Assembly: GCA_964019335.1 (NCBI GenBank)
Contig: OZ025733.1
Location: 355,049-419,048 of the forward strand
DNA from: Diplonema japonicum
Lineage: Eukaryota; Protista; Euglenozoa: Diplonemea
Direction of reading: 5' to 3'
DNA length: 64,000 nucleotides
The notes beneath the pieces were generated by a model. That model was not told the DNA's origin, did no database searches, and saw nothing but the letters and a program-made list of their open reading frames with translations. This document shows, one piece after another, positions 34,536 to 45,605 of this stretch. How positions within the stretch are numbered: position 1 is the stretch's first letter; each line of letters begins with the position of its first letter. The position numbers and the translations under genes are program-made.

Positions 34536-35777
34536 ATGCGCTGCATCACTCATGAGGAGCTCTCTCAACACAAAACGGCAGCGTCCTGTTGGCTTCTGAT
34601 CGAGGGTCAAGTCTACGATGTAACTTCCTTCCTAAGCAAGCACCCAGGCGGATCTGGGTTGCTGGTGGAGCTGGGGGGGCTCGATGCAACAGAGGACTTC
34701 CTTGGAATGCATCCCCGAGACTATTTAAAGCAGTACTTAGGAGAATCAATTGGACAACTGGGAGAGAAAGAGAATGAGAAAGAGAAAGAAGAAGAGGAAG
34801 AAGAAGAATCAGCACCCGAACTCATCGCAGCTGAACTCGAAATCGAAACGGCGCAAGAAAACGAAGCGTGCGAAGAAGAAGAAGAAGAAGAAGATAAAAG
34901 CGAACACCACCCACCTTCCACCACCTCCAACATGGTTCTACTCACACAAGTAAGAGGCACCCTGGCGTATAGGAACCTGGCACCCTTGGCAACATCACTC
35001 CTCACACCTTATGAAGCGTTCTACAGCAGAAAGAAACACTGGGCAGCAAAAAGACGGCCTACCAGCTCCGCATTCACCTTCAACCTAACCTTGAAGGGAA
35101 AGGACATCCTGACGCATAACACACTTCGACTAGTCTTTCAGTCTGACAAAGAGCTCCGTCTCGATCCAGGCCAGCACGTGTACCTGTGCGGGGCTGATGT
35201 GATGCGGCCCTACACACCAGTCGAGGTTGCAGAACATGGCCAACGGGTAGTGTTGGTGATTAAGGTATACGATCAAGGATCGCTTACCCAGTATCTAAGC
35301 AAGCTGAACGTGAACTCTATAGTGGAGGGGGAGGTCAAGGACTTTGACAAGTTCAGGTATTTCAACAATGGTGTGTACGATGCTAAGGGTGAGGAGAAGT
35401 GGTGCGCCAACATGGCGATGGTGGCGGGTGGGACAGGCATCACACCTATGTACAGCATCATTAAGAAGGTGTTGTCAGACCCCTTCGACACAACCAGGAT
35501 CTGGCTTCTTTACGCCAACCAGACGCCTTATGACATCCTGCTTAAATCTGAGCTTGACAGCCTTGCGAAGATGCACCCCCATCGCTTCCACATCTGGTAC
35601 ACCATCGACTCGAAGCCCAGCACACCCTGGGCGTTCTCCACTGGATACATCAATACACGACACTTGTCCTTCCTCCCTTCAACACAAGCTACCGTGACCC
35701 TCCTCTGCGGCCCCCCACCCATGTCGGCATCGGTGGCGAAGCTTCTCAACACACATGGGCAGGTCATTGTTCTGTGA
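34536..35777 (+). CDS. Cytochrome b5 - NADH:cytochrome b5 reductase fusion
   Basis: Heme motif VYDVTSFLSKHPGG...DATEDF..MH, acidic linker, FAD motif RPYTP, and NADH motifs GGTGITP and CGPPPM. Confidence 0.9.
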   Translation: MRCITHEELSQHKTAASCWLLIEGQVYDVTSFLSKHPGGSGLLVELGGLDATEDFLGMHPRDYLKQYLGESIGQLGEKENEKEKEEEEEEESAPELIAAELEIETAQENEACEEEEEEEDKSEHHPPSTTSNMVLLTQVRGTLAYRNLAPLATSLLTPYEAFYSRKKHWAAKRRPTSSAFTFNLTLKGKDILTHNTLRLVFQSDKELRLDPGQHVYLCGADVMRPYTPVEVAEHGQRVVLVIKVYDQGSLTQYLSKLNVNSIVEGEVKDFDKFRYFNNGVYDAKGEEKWCANMAMVAGGTGITPMYSIIKKVLSDPFDTTRIWLLYANQTPYDILLKSELDSLAKMHPHRFHIWYTIDSKPSTPWAFSTGYINTRHLSFLPSTQATVTLLCGPPPMSASVAKLLNTHGQVIVL

Positions 35778-36144
35778 TCGGGAGGGGGGAGGGGGGGGGG
35801 ATAGGAAAGAACTGGAAGGATACAATAAAATAAAAAAAAAGAGAATACCCCCCCCCCCTTTAAGAGAAACTATTAGTGTTTATTTTTTTAAGGATTTTTT
35901 TGAGTTGAGCTTAAGGGCGTGTTGCACGGCAAACTTTCTTTTTTTTTTTCCTTTTTTGGTAGTTTTCTTTTTTCTTCTTCTTGTTCCTATCCCACGCTTT
36001 TTACTTGATCCCAATTCTTTTTTTTTTCCTTTGTTCTTTGCTTCCCGTTTTTTTGTTTTGTTTGAATTAATGAAAAGGAGGAAAGAAACACGACATGTTC
36101 TGAAGAGGAAGTGAACACAAACACAACACCCTCACAGGACGCAC

Positions 36145-36531
36145 ATGCCTACCTTCAAGTGCACTGCGTGCCACGATGTGCTGAATGTCAGTGAGCTGCC
36201 GTCCCACAGCAGACGCTGCTTAAGTGAGATTCTATGCTGTTTGGGGTGTTCTTGTGAGGTGAGCATGATGGAGAGCACCCTGCATACCTGCGCAGGACTA
36301 CACACCGAGGTGAACCGGCAGCGACTGGAGAGGGAAAAGGCTGAGGCACAGCCCCCACGGAGGAAGAAGGCTCAACCTGACCAACCAAACTTCTCCTGCA
36401 ATTCTTGTAACGCTGAATTGTCACGACGCGAACTCCAAGGCCATAGTAGGGGATGCGACTACGACTCGCTAAAATGCTTACACTGTGACATACGGGTTGG
36501 GGTGGAGGATTCCATGTCCCATGTGTGCTGA
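36145..36531 (+). CDS. Small zinc-finger protein with two LYAR-like (C2HC x2) modules
   Basis: FxCxxC-x11-H-xxx-C...CxxC-x11-H-x-C occurs twice. Confidence 0.7.
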   Translation: MPTFKCTACHDVLNVSELPSHSRRCLSEILCCLGCSCEVSMMESTLHTCAGLHTEVNRQRLEREKAEAQPPRRKKAQPDQPNFSCNSCNAELSRRELQGHSRGCDYDSLKCLHCDIRVGVEDSMSHVC

Positions 36532-36872
36532 TGGTGTTAGAATATACGTTTTGTTTCTGTTTTTTTTTCTTTTTGTTTTGGAAAGAAAACAAAAAGAAAA
36601 ACGGGGAAAATCTAAGGGGAGAGCGAAAGGTGTCTCATAAAAGCAACACACAAAAACTAACCTTTTTTTTTGATATGCAGGTAGTGAATGAGAACAAGGG
36701 AACGTCTCACAATGACCTCCAGTAAACTCACATATTCTTTTTTGTTCCCGCCACTTATGTTACTTTTAAAAGTTTTCTTTTTTGATCTTTATCTCATTTT
36801 CCTTGAGGGGAAAAAAAAAAGGAAAAAAGAACAAAAGAACCAGGGTCCCGTGAAGGGGAAGGGGAACTAACC

Positions 36873-38271
36873 ATGACGAACGAAGTGGTGGAGACAGACA
36901 CCATGGTGAAGGGTGAGGACGACGACGGCAACAAAACAATCAACAAGTACGCAGTCATACAAGAGATAGGGCGGGGCGCGTACGGAAAAGTAAAACTTGT
37001 GGTGCACCTGGAGACGGAGCAGTTCTTCGCACTGAAGATACTTGATAAGACCTTCTTATCGAAGATGCACAAAGGGAAGGACAAGACACGCCTAGACGAC
37101 GTGGAGTATGAGATCGCAGTGATGAAAAGGTTTTCCCACCGCAACGTGGTGTCCCTGCACGAGGTCATCAACGACCCGACCTGCCACAAGGTGTACCTCA
37201 TCCTAGACTACGTTGCGCAAGGCTGCATATGGAAGATAGGCATGCCGCCCCTTTCCTACGACACACTTCGCAAGAGCATAGTCGGCATGTGCCACGGACT
37301 TGACTACATCCACCTCAACAACGTGCTACACAGGGACGTGAAGCCCGACAACCTCCTTGTCAATGAAGGTGGTGTCGTTAGGTGGTGCGACTTCGGAGTC
37401 AGCTCCGCTCGTGACGCAGACCACGACGGCATCGACGACCTCGTCCAGGACACGGAAGGAACACCTGCCTTCCTCACACCGGAACAGATTAAGAACGAAG
37501 CCATCCAAGGCACCATGACCGACATATGGGCCCTTGGCGTTACCATATTCTGTGTCGCCATCGGACGGCTCCCCTTCACTGGCTCCACCATCCAGGAGAT
37601 GAACGACTCCATTGTGCATGGTGAGCTCGACTTCGGTGGATGCCGTGACATACTTCTCATGGACCTTTTGAGCAAGCTTCTGGACAAAGACCTCATGAAG
37701 AGAATGGGGTCCATCAATGGTGTGAGGGAGGTGTTGAACCACCCATTCCTCGAAGGCTGCGAGGGTGTTGATGATTTTGCAGACCACCAGCTCATCAAGG
37801 TCACGGACGCTGATGTGGCGACTGCCGTGCGTACCGGGCACAACATCAAGCTGAAGCTTGCCAGCACTGTGAACGCGGCCATGAAGGTGCAGAGCTTCAA
37901 GTTGAAGCTCATGAAGAAGCGGCAGGAACGTCTGTCGATGAACTCAGCAGACGCAGCAACGGGCATCGACCCGACGTCCCCTTGCCACGATGAGGAGTTC
38001 CATCCATGCATGTCACCAACGTGCCCTGACATTAACCCTATGCGTGCCAGCCCCCTCAGATCGAGACCCAATTCGAAAAAGGAGAAGATGGACCCTGCAC
38101 TGTACTTCAAAGTCAACGACGTGCCACAGCTAGTCGACCAGGTGTGATAAAAAAAAAGTAAAAAAACCAAAAAAAAACGCGCAGGCGGTCCGGCAGCTGG
38201 TGATGGCTCGGCCGGATAACCCTGCTGTTTGGCTCAGCGAGTACTTTTCCTCCCTGTCTACTTCACTATAG
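36873..38271 (+). CDS. CAMKK/SAK1-like Ser/Thr kinase with a C-terminal Dpy-30/RIIa-like docking domain; exons 36873-38141, 38185-38271
   Basis: GRGAYGKV, ALK, HRDVKPDN, DFGVS, GTPAFLTPE and DIWALG motifs. Intron 38142-38184 adds AVRQLVMARPDNPAVWLSEYFSSL. Confidence 0.9.
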
Positions 38272-39453
38272 TTTTATATTTACGCACAAAAAAAAAAAAA
38301 AAAAAAAAGAAATGCGTGTAGAAAAAAAAGAATGGAGGAAGAGAAAAAAAAAAAAAAAGAAGGAAATAAGAAAAAAAAAGAGGGAAAAAAAAAAAACAAA
38401 ACACTGTATATTATCGCTCCCCCATTCATCCCCTATTTTTTTGTGTGACCCAAACATCCTTTTTTGTTTCGAGTTTTGTAGGGGCCAATGTTTCCAACCT
38501 CCCTGTCCTGGTAATTGTGGTTTTGAAGTGGCGCCAGTAAGCATCGCCAATGGAGAATACCTTCTTTTACCACGCCTGGCAACCTCTGCGGCCTTGTGCC
38601 AGTCTCCAGCTGGTGTTAATTGCTTCTGTGGCCCTCTCCCTATTCAAAGCCAAGCTTTCTAGCACAGGGGACTTGAGAGGCTTCGGGGCGAAGCTTCACA
38701 AGGGTGACACATACTGCATGGCTCCACTAAGATCAAGACATTTTTTTTTTGTTTCTTCTTCCAGTTCAGTTTGTCAAAATATGTTCATTATTTTTTTTTT
38801 TTATGTTCCTCAATGCAACGTGAAGAAGAAGAAAGAAGAGGTAGAAGAAAATAGCAACTTCAACAAAAAAAAGGATGGTTTTAATCCTTTCTGTTCGTTT
38901 TTCTTTTGCGTGGTTTTTTTTGTGTCTGTTTGTTTACGTGTGTTCTTCTTCTTCTTGTGCACGGTCCAGCTTGGAAAGTGTTGTTTGGAAGAGAACACAG
39001 CATTTTTTTCCTATCTACTCAACCAATATATCCCAGTTCATTTCTAATTTTCCAATACCTCAACACTGATCTGGAGGGGGTTGAAAAGTAAGAACAACGG
39101 AGGGGGGGGGAACAAAATGGGGAGAAAACAAAAAGGGCGAAAGAAAAACCAGAACGAAAAAAGAGAAAAAAGAACTGATTTTTTTCTAACTTTTTTCCCC
39201 TCTCCTCCTTTTTCTCGTTGCCCCTCAAAAAGAATTGCAACAAAGATCCAGAGGCCCGAGGGGGATCACGACTATGGATGTATTCTTTCGGTCTTCTGTC
39301 CCTCCACGGTGATCGAAAAATGGGTGCAAACAAAAGATAAAAATAAAAAGATGCTCGTCTTTTTCTCTCTTTTTTTTTTTTTGGCACCATCGTTGTGATA
39401 ATCCTTGAATGCTATAACACAACACAACACACAGGATGCATTGATAAAGGAGA

Positions 39454-40615
39454 ATGTCGGCAGTGCTGATTGCGAGTGAGCGTTTGAAGAAGTTCGAAGG
39501 CATTCTTGAAGATGGTGTGTGGGAGGAGGAGCAGCAGAGGAAGCAAGCGACGCCAAGTGACACGGAGAAATGGGTGACTCGTAGAGAAGTCGCAGACAGC
39601 GGTTTGCAGGTGTGGGGTGTGGGTGAAAGCCACGTACCCATTGTGCCGTTACCTTTCCTGCTCCCAAGGCGGGATCCGCAGGTGAGAAAGCAAGAGCCCA
39701 CTCCCGAAGAAGCCCCAGCACCTCTCCCCGTTCCTGTCCCTGAGCCCCACCCGGCCCCGCACATCCAACAGGACGACACGGAACCCACCGCAGAGGACCT
39801 CTTTACACCCTATCCAGACATCAAGCCACTCAACGAACCCACACACCCAGACATCTCCCCGATTGCGCATATATCACAAGCCACAGAAGCGTTGAAGGCA
39901 AAGCTGGGGATGCTGGTTGAGGCGCTTGACTCGAAGGACGTGTCGCCAGATAAGAAACTAGAGTACGAGACTTCCCCGGAGAAGAAGGCAGACGGGGAGA
40001 TGGTGACGTGCCCAAGGTGCCGCCATACGTGGGACACTTCGCAGGAAGAGGTACAAATGACGAAGCCTGAGGCAGAGGCGCACATGGTGACAACACCCGA
40101 ACCAGGTGTTCCTGAAGCCATAGGCGATGGAGAAGACACAGTGGAGCAGGAAGCGAAGGCCGTGGAAGCAGAGCCCTTAGAGGAAGTGTGCACAGGGTTC
40201 GATGTCATCTCACTATACGAAACAGAGGTGGGGCGGAATGCCTACGGAACCGCCCTGCACTCACCGCCCAGGCTTCAAGACACACAGATACAACTTGCGT
40301 CAGCAGCAGTTACCCCGTCAGGATACATCCCTACTACGCCCTTCCCTACTGTAGAGTTCAACAGGTCCAGCTCTGGTGGTACTGACCGTTCAAGGCATAG
40401 CAGTAAGAAGCTTCTCGTGTCGCCGCCGGCTGCTATTCCTTCTTCAGATGTATGTGCAGGTCATTTACCTAATCACCTTACAGGCATCTTACGTGGTAGA
40501 AGACCCCACAGAGGCAGTGCCTCCTACACACTTCCAGCATGCCTACCCCGCTGACAACACACTGGCTGCAGTCTTCAGCTTCATCGAAAAGGGGTCGACC
40601 ATCGCCACGACGTAG
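39454..40615 (+). CDS. Hypothetical Pro/Glu-rich protein; exons 39454-40449, 40484-40615
   Basis: Long ORF with a 34-nt GTATG..CCTAAT..CAG intron (40450-40483) and a single CPRC knuckle. Confidence 0.65.
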
Positions 40616-40929
40616 AAAAAGACGGACGGTGGAGGGAAGCATCTCAAGTCTTAAAAAGAGTTGTTTTGCGTTTTTGAGTGCAGAACAAAAGGGGGGAAGA
40701 AGGGAGGTTCCTACAATGAAAATATAAATAGAAATTACAGAAAGGAGAACAACAACAAAAAAGAAGAAAAAAAAGGGGGATAAAAAAAGACTCTGTTCCC
40801 ATCCCCGTAACCGGATATCCATCCATCCTGCCCCTGTAACACCTCCCTTCCCTGTAACTCAGTGTCCGCCTTTATTGTGGTCTTCGTTTCCTTTTTCCAT
40901 TTTCTTGCAAATGTCAACCTGCAGGCACG

Positions 40930-41875
40930 ATGGTTGCGAAGACGGGGTTTGTGTATGGCTCGCAGACGGGCAATGCAGAGGCGATCTGCAAAGATATGTT
41001 CAACGAGGCGATGAGCAAAGACTTGGTGTGCAAAGAGGGCAGCAGGTGCATGGCGATGAATAAGCTAGCCGAGGTCGGGTTCACAGAGTATGATGCGCTA
41101 GTGGTATGTTGGGGAAGAACAGAACATAATAAAAGGGTACATTATCTTTCTTATCCAGGTGATCGCTGCGACGACAGGCGACGGCAGCCCTCCTGACAAC
41201 GCGAAGAAACTGTGGCGCCACCTGCAGAAGGCTGAGAAGGGGTGTTTGAAATCCGTAAAATTCGCGGTGCTGTGTCTTGGTGATCAGAACTACGAAGACT
41301 TCTGCGGGTTCGGTGTCAAGGTCGACGTGAGCATGGGCGAGCTGGGCGGCATGCGCTTCATTGAACGAGGCGAAGCCGATGACGGTGTTGGCTTGGAGAT
41401 CGTCGTCGAACCGTGGAGGGAAAAGCTCATGAAGCTCTTGCCAGAAGTGGCCACCTCTGAGAATGTATCCTACTCCCACACATCCACCCCCGCCGTTCCT
41501 ATCGGGAAGAACACCAGAGCGACTTCCTCTTCAAAGAGGTGCTTCATCACCACTGTAAAGAAGGACAAAATGGCTGACTACCTGAAGTACACCGCAGCCA
41601 TCCACCCCCAGGTCATCAAGGGGCTCAGGGTGTACGGTATCACATCCCTTTCGATCTTCCGCGTTCCGTCCACAAACCAGGTCATCATGACTCTGTCGCT
41701 CTCTTCAAGAGACCTTGACTACGCCAAGCTGTACGGCGATGGGTCTGAGTACAGGAAGGACGAGAGATGTGCAGCTTGGGAGAAGGCGCAAAGCGAGTAC
41801 CACAGCGGTTGGGAAGCCTGCGAAGAAGTCCATTCATCAGAGCACGACTGGGACAAGATCCTGCTTGGGCTCTGA
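40930..41875 (+). CDS. Flavodoxin-like (FMN-binding) domain fused to an L-rhamnose mutarotase (RhaM)-like domain; exons 40930-41103, 41159-41875
   Basis: FMN loops YGSQTGNA, ATTGDGSPPDN and LGDQNYEDFC. The C-terminal KRCFITTVKKDKMADYLKYTAAIHPQVIKGLRVYGITSLSIF...CAAWE...EEVH follows the RhaM pattern. Intron 41104-41158. Confidence 0.8.
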
Positions 41876-42408
41876 GCGTGGGGTTGTCGGTCTGGTCTTT
41901 AATACACGGGCATATCTCTCATAGTTCTCTATTTTGTGTTTAAAAAAAAAGTGTTGTCTTCTTTTGTGCCGTCCTGCCCAGCGACATAAATGGAGGAAAC
42001 CCAACGGGGTGTCACTAAGTGAAAGTACAGCAGGCATCCACCCTCTACGCCCTCTTGATGACTAGCTACCCCGATGTCCTCCTCGTCAGCCTTTTGACGT
42101 GTCGCCCATCCGATCTCTTTTTCTTTGTTTCTCTTTTCCCCTTTCTCTTTTTTTTTAAATTGTGTCTGTGAGAAAAATATAATAAAAAAGAAGCCCAGCA
42201 GTGGCACCTCTAAAAAAAAAGTTATTTCCTACCGTGGTTAAATAAATTGTAGTGAGTCACCTTTGCTGTTAGTTCTATCCCCCCCCCCCCATTTTAGCAT
42301 TTTCTTTTTGTCTTGCGTTAGTGCCTGCAGCATTGCGGCGCACATTGCAGTAATCCATAACTTTCGTCGTCGACCTTTGTTGAAAACCATAGTACCAACA
42401 GGCACGAC

Positions 42409-43326
42409 ATGAATTACGACCCGACATCAGTGCTGGGGTGCCACATTGTGGAAGAGAAATCCCGATGGTTAATAGGGAAGGAAAAACTGGATTATGATCT
42501 TGGTGATGAGGTTCCAGAGATAGCCGTGGACCCCGGAAGTGGTGTGGTGTCTATGGTGAACAACAAAAGTGTGGAACGGGAGTTCATTGTGTCGATCAGA
42601 GGAAAGGCTGCAGAGGGAGTGAATGGAAAGAAGGGCGTGAAGCTAGCGTACGGGGCCACAACAGGGGAGGACGGAGAAACAATGCCGTGCATTACTTTTA
42701 TCGCACTGGTGCCGAAGAATACTATTTATGACATCTGCAGGCTGCCTAGCCCAGACCTCGAAACCCTCGACCTCGACTCCGATATCCAAGATGCCCAGCG
42801 CCACCCGTCTCCTGAAACGGCTGTTCGGGACTGCCATCAGCACCTCGGCTTTCCTCTCGAAGGTGGTCCCTTCATGTGCACCCAAACAGCAGGCGGCATG
42901 TTCACTCACCACTTTGCTGGGAACTACCATGCTGTTGACTTCCGTTGCCCTACAGGCACCCCTGTGCTTGCCATTGCAGACGGGGCTGTACTGGAGGCCA
43001 GTGATGACAACACCACATCGGGCATCCACGTTTCGTGTCTATTCAAATGGAACAGCATCATGCTCCAGCTGGAGGATGGTAGCGTAGCCGAGTACGTGCA
43101 CATCGCCCACAAGTCCTCCCGCGTCCAGAAGGGCGACATCGTCAAGAAGGGCGACGTGCTGTGCATGTCCGGCGCTGTCGGGTTCTGTCCCGAGCCGCAT
43201 CTCCATTTTCAGCTTCTCGAAAGCCCTGATCCCAAAGCAGTTTCCCTCCCGTGCAGATTCGGTGCGTCCTCCTTCCAGCCAAGCTGCGGGAAGCACTTTA
43301 CGAGCGAAGGGGAGCAGGACTCGTAA
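42409..43326 (+). CDS. Peptidase family M23 domain protein
   Basis: HAVDF..PTGTPVLAIADG, YVH, V.KGD.V.KGD, and SGAVG...PHLHF (HxxxD plus HxH zinc ligands). Confidence 0.88.
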   Translation: MNYDPTSVLGCHIVEEKSRWLIGKEKLDYDLGDEVPEIAVDPGSGVVSMVNNKSVEREFIVSIRGKAAEGVNGKKGVKLAYGATTGEDGETMPCITFIALVPKNTIYDICRLPSPDLETLDLDSDIQDAQRHPSPETAVRDCHQHLGFPLEGGPFMCTQTAGGMFTHHFAGNYHAVDFRCPTGTPVLAIADGAVLEASDDNTTSGIHVSCLFKWNSIMLQLEDGSVAEYVHIAHKSSRVQKGDIVKKGDVLCMSGAVGFCPEPHLHFQLLESPDPKAVSLPCRFGASSFQPSCGKHFTSEGEQDS

Positions 43327-43402
43327 AATAGTTCTTTTCTTTTGCTGCATGTGTTGCTCTCAGTCGCACCATTTTTGTGTTGCACGCACCACAGTTGGGG
43401 GA

Positions 43403-45514
43403 ATGATGGATTTGTGCAGTTTGGACACAACACCATTGCTGAAAGTCATCAAGCGCCTTGAGGAAAGGAATGAAGGCATTGAGAAGGAGCTGGTGGAACT
43501 GAGGCAGAGTGTGACTGCCAACGAAAGGAAGATCGAAGACACAGGGAACAGAATTAGCAGGAAGGTAGACGAGGCTGTCGAGATCGGGGGTGTAGAAAGG
43601 AACTTGATGGAACAGAAGACACAGCAAATGCTGGAACATGAGAGGGCAAGCACCACGGAAGGGTTGCTGCGGCTGCAGAACACAGTTATCGACATGTTTC
43701 GAAGGGAGATGGAGGAGGTCAAAGCCTGCATGCTAGGAAGGGTCTCGAATGCTGCAGAAGACACTTCTAGGGTGGCCAAGGAGCTTTTGCAAACAAAGGA
43801 AGAGCTTACGGCACTTGTAGCAAACAGCAGTACGAAGGTGACTGTTAAGGTCTCAGAAGACATATCAGCGGTGCGGTTGGAGGTACATGAGGTTACAAAA
43901 CTCGCTGCGAACGAAGCTCAGGCAAGGGACACTTCCCTGCGACTGCTGAAGAATGCGATGACACAAGCGCACGACACTCTTGATAGCAAGATGAAGAAGC
44001 AGGCCGCCCAGCAGCACGCTGAGAACACGAGCACCATGCAGCACTGCAGGTCGTTGCAGTGCATGACAGAAGACATCAACGCAACACAAAATACCATGCA
44101 ACTCTCGTTGGGGGAGGTCGACAAGAAGATCAAAGACCTTGAGGATAGTTTGGTCGCTAAGATAAATAACGCTCACCATCAGCTGGTGCAAGTAGCTGAC
44201 GCTAGTAATACCGTTGAAGAGGGTTGCAAGGCTGCGGTTCTGGCTGAAGAAAAGGCACGCACAATAGCAATACAAGAGCAGGCAGCTGTTTTGAAGGAGG
44301 TGTTTGGCAATTTAGTAGAAGACACGAAAGTTAGCCTTGCAAGCAGAATGGAGCAGGTGAGCCGCACGAATACCGAAAGACTGAGTCGCATGGAAGCCGA
44401 TGTCACGGGTGAGCTAGCAAAAGTACGCCAGGTGGTCAGCCATGAGACGACCGAGAGGGACAGCAGCATAAAAGCAGTCAAGAAGAGTGTGGTCCAGGTA
44501 GAAGATGACATCGCTGCTGTGGGTAACAAAGCACAGGTGTTGAAGACGACACTAGAAAAGCAGCTCATGGAAACTAACGAGGCAGCCAAGCGCGACGCTG
44601 CTGATCTCGACAAAGCCATCAAGCTTCTTGACTGTGGTCTGCACAACGAGATGCACACTTTGAAGAAGTGCACCACCGAAGCGCTGTATGATGCTTCAGA
44701 GAAGGCCAACCGCAGTGCTGTCGAATTAGAAAAGAAATGCAACACCAAAGCAGAGAGCGCTGTCAGAACAGCAGAGGAGCGGTCTCAGAAGCAGACACGG
44801 GACCAGGCATTGGATTTCACCATGCAGGTAAACCACCTGAGCAACATGGTAGATGACAAAGTAAAGAAGGTTTATGACATGTGCGAGAAAACAACGACAG
44901 TGGTAGATAGCTTGAAGAACAGCTGCAAGAATGACAATGAGCTGATGCAGAAGTGTTTCTTAGAAGAGATGAGCGCACATGGAGTAAGACAAGGCGCAGA
45001 AGCGGCAGCGTTGAAGAAGGAGGTGCAGGAGGTAAGAGGCAAGGTTACCGACTGGTATTCTTTGTGGTCGCTGCAAGAAACAAGCAGGATGAGGATGATG
45101 CCACTGTCCGAGAAGATAGAACTGTTGCTCGCCACCCCCGCGCTCAATGCGATCAAGCAGCTGTGCCTTCCGGCTGCAGCTATACCAAAGCCCGTCCCGA
45201 GCACACCGTTCCGTCCGGTGCAGAGGGCGTCACCCTATAACGCCAATACCTCGTTAGGCCTAGCAGTTAAGGGTGAGTACGGGCGCAGAGGGGCCGAGGT
45301 CACTACCGTGCATCCTGGTGGCCCCGCAGACATGGCGGGCTTGCGGAAGGGGGACAAGATCTTGTACATCAATGGGAACAAGATTAACACCAACGCTGAC
45401 ATTGATGCTACCCTCTTAGCCTCCACCACCGACTTGCACGTCACAAGATTGCCTTTGGGCAGCGAGACGCCACTGACCTCGGAGATCCCGACGAGTCCCG
45501 TGAGCCCCTCTTAG
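43403..45514 (+). CDS. Long coiled-coil protein with a C-terminal PDZ domain
   Basis: ~550 aa of heptads, then SLGLAV...VTTVHPGGPADMAGLRKGDKILYING. Confidence 0.85.
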   Translation: MMDLCSLDTTPLLKVIKRLEERNEGIEKELVELRQSVTANERKIEDTGNRISRKVDEAVEIGGVERNLMEQKTQQMLEHERASTTEGLLRLQNTVIDMFRREMEEVKACMLGRVSNAAEDTSRVAKELLQTKEELTALVANSSTKVTVKVSEDISAVRLEVHEVTKLAANEAQARDTSLRLLKNAMTQAHDTLDSKMKKQAAQQHAENTSTMQHCRSLQCMTEDINATQNTMQLSLGEVDKKIKDLEDSLVAKINNAHHQLVQVADASNTVEEGCKAAVLAEEKARTIAIQEQAAVLKEVFGNLVEDTKVSLASRMEQVSRTNTERLSRMEADVTGELAKVRQVVSHETTERDSSIKAVKKSVVQVEDDIAAVGNKAQVLKTTLEKQLMETNEAAKRDAADLDKAIKLLDCGLHNEMHTLKKCTTEALYDASEKANRSAVELEKKCNTKAESAVRTAEERSQKQTRDQALDFTMQVNHLSNMVDDKVKKVYDMCEKTTTVVDSLKNSCKNDNELMQKCFLEEMSAHGVRQGAEAAALKKEVQEVRGKVTDWYSLWSLQETSRMRMMPLSEKIELLLATPALNAIKQLCLPAAAIPKPVPSTPFRPVQRASPYNANTSLGLAVKGEYGRRGAEVTTVHPGGPADMAGLRKGDKILYINGNKINTNADIDATLLASTTDLHVTRLPLGSETPLTSEIPTSPVSPS

Positions 45515-45605
45515 TTTCATGCCTGCTGCCTTTACCAGGGCATGCTGCATTATTGCGCTTTTTCTTTTTTTTTTTTCACCTTACCAATTCTTACTGTAAC
45601 ACAGG

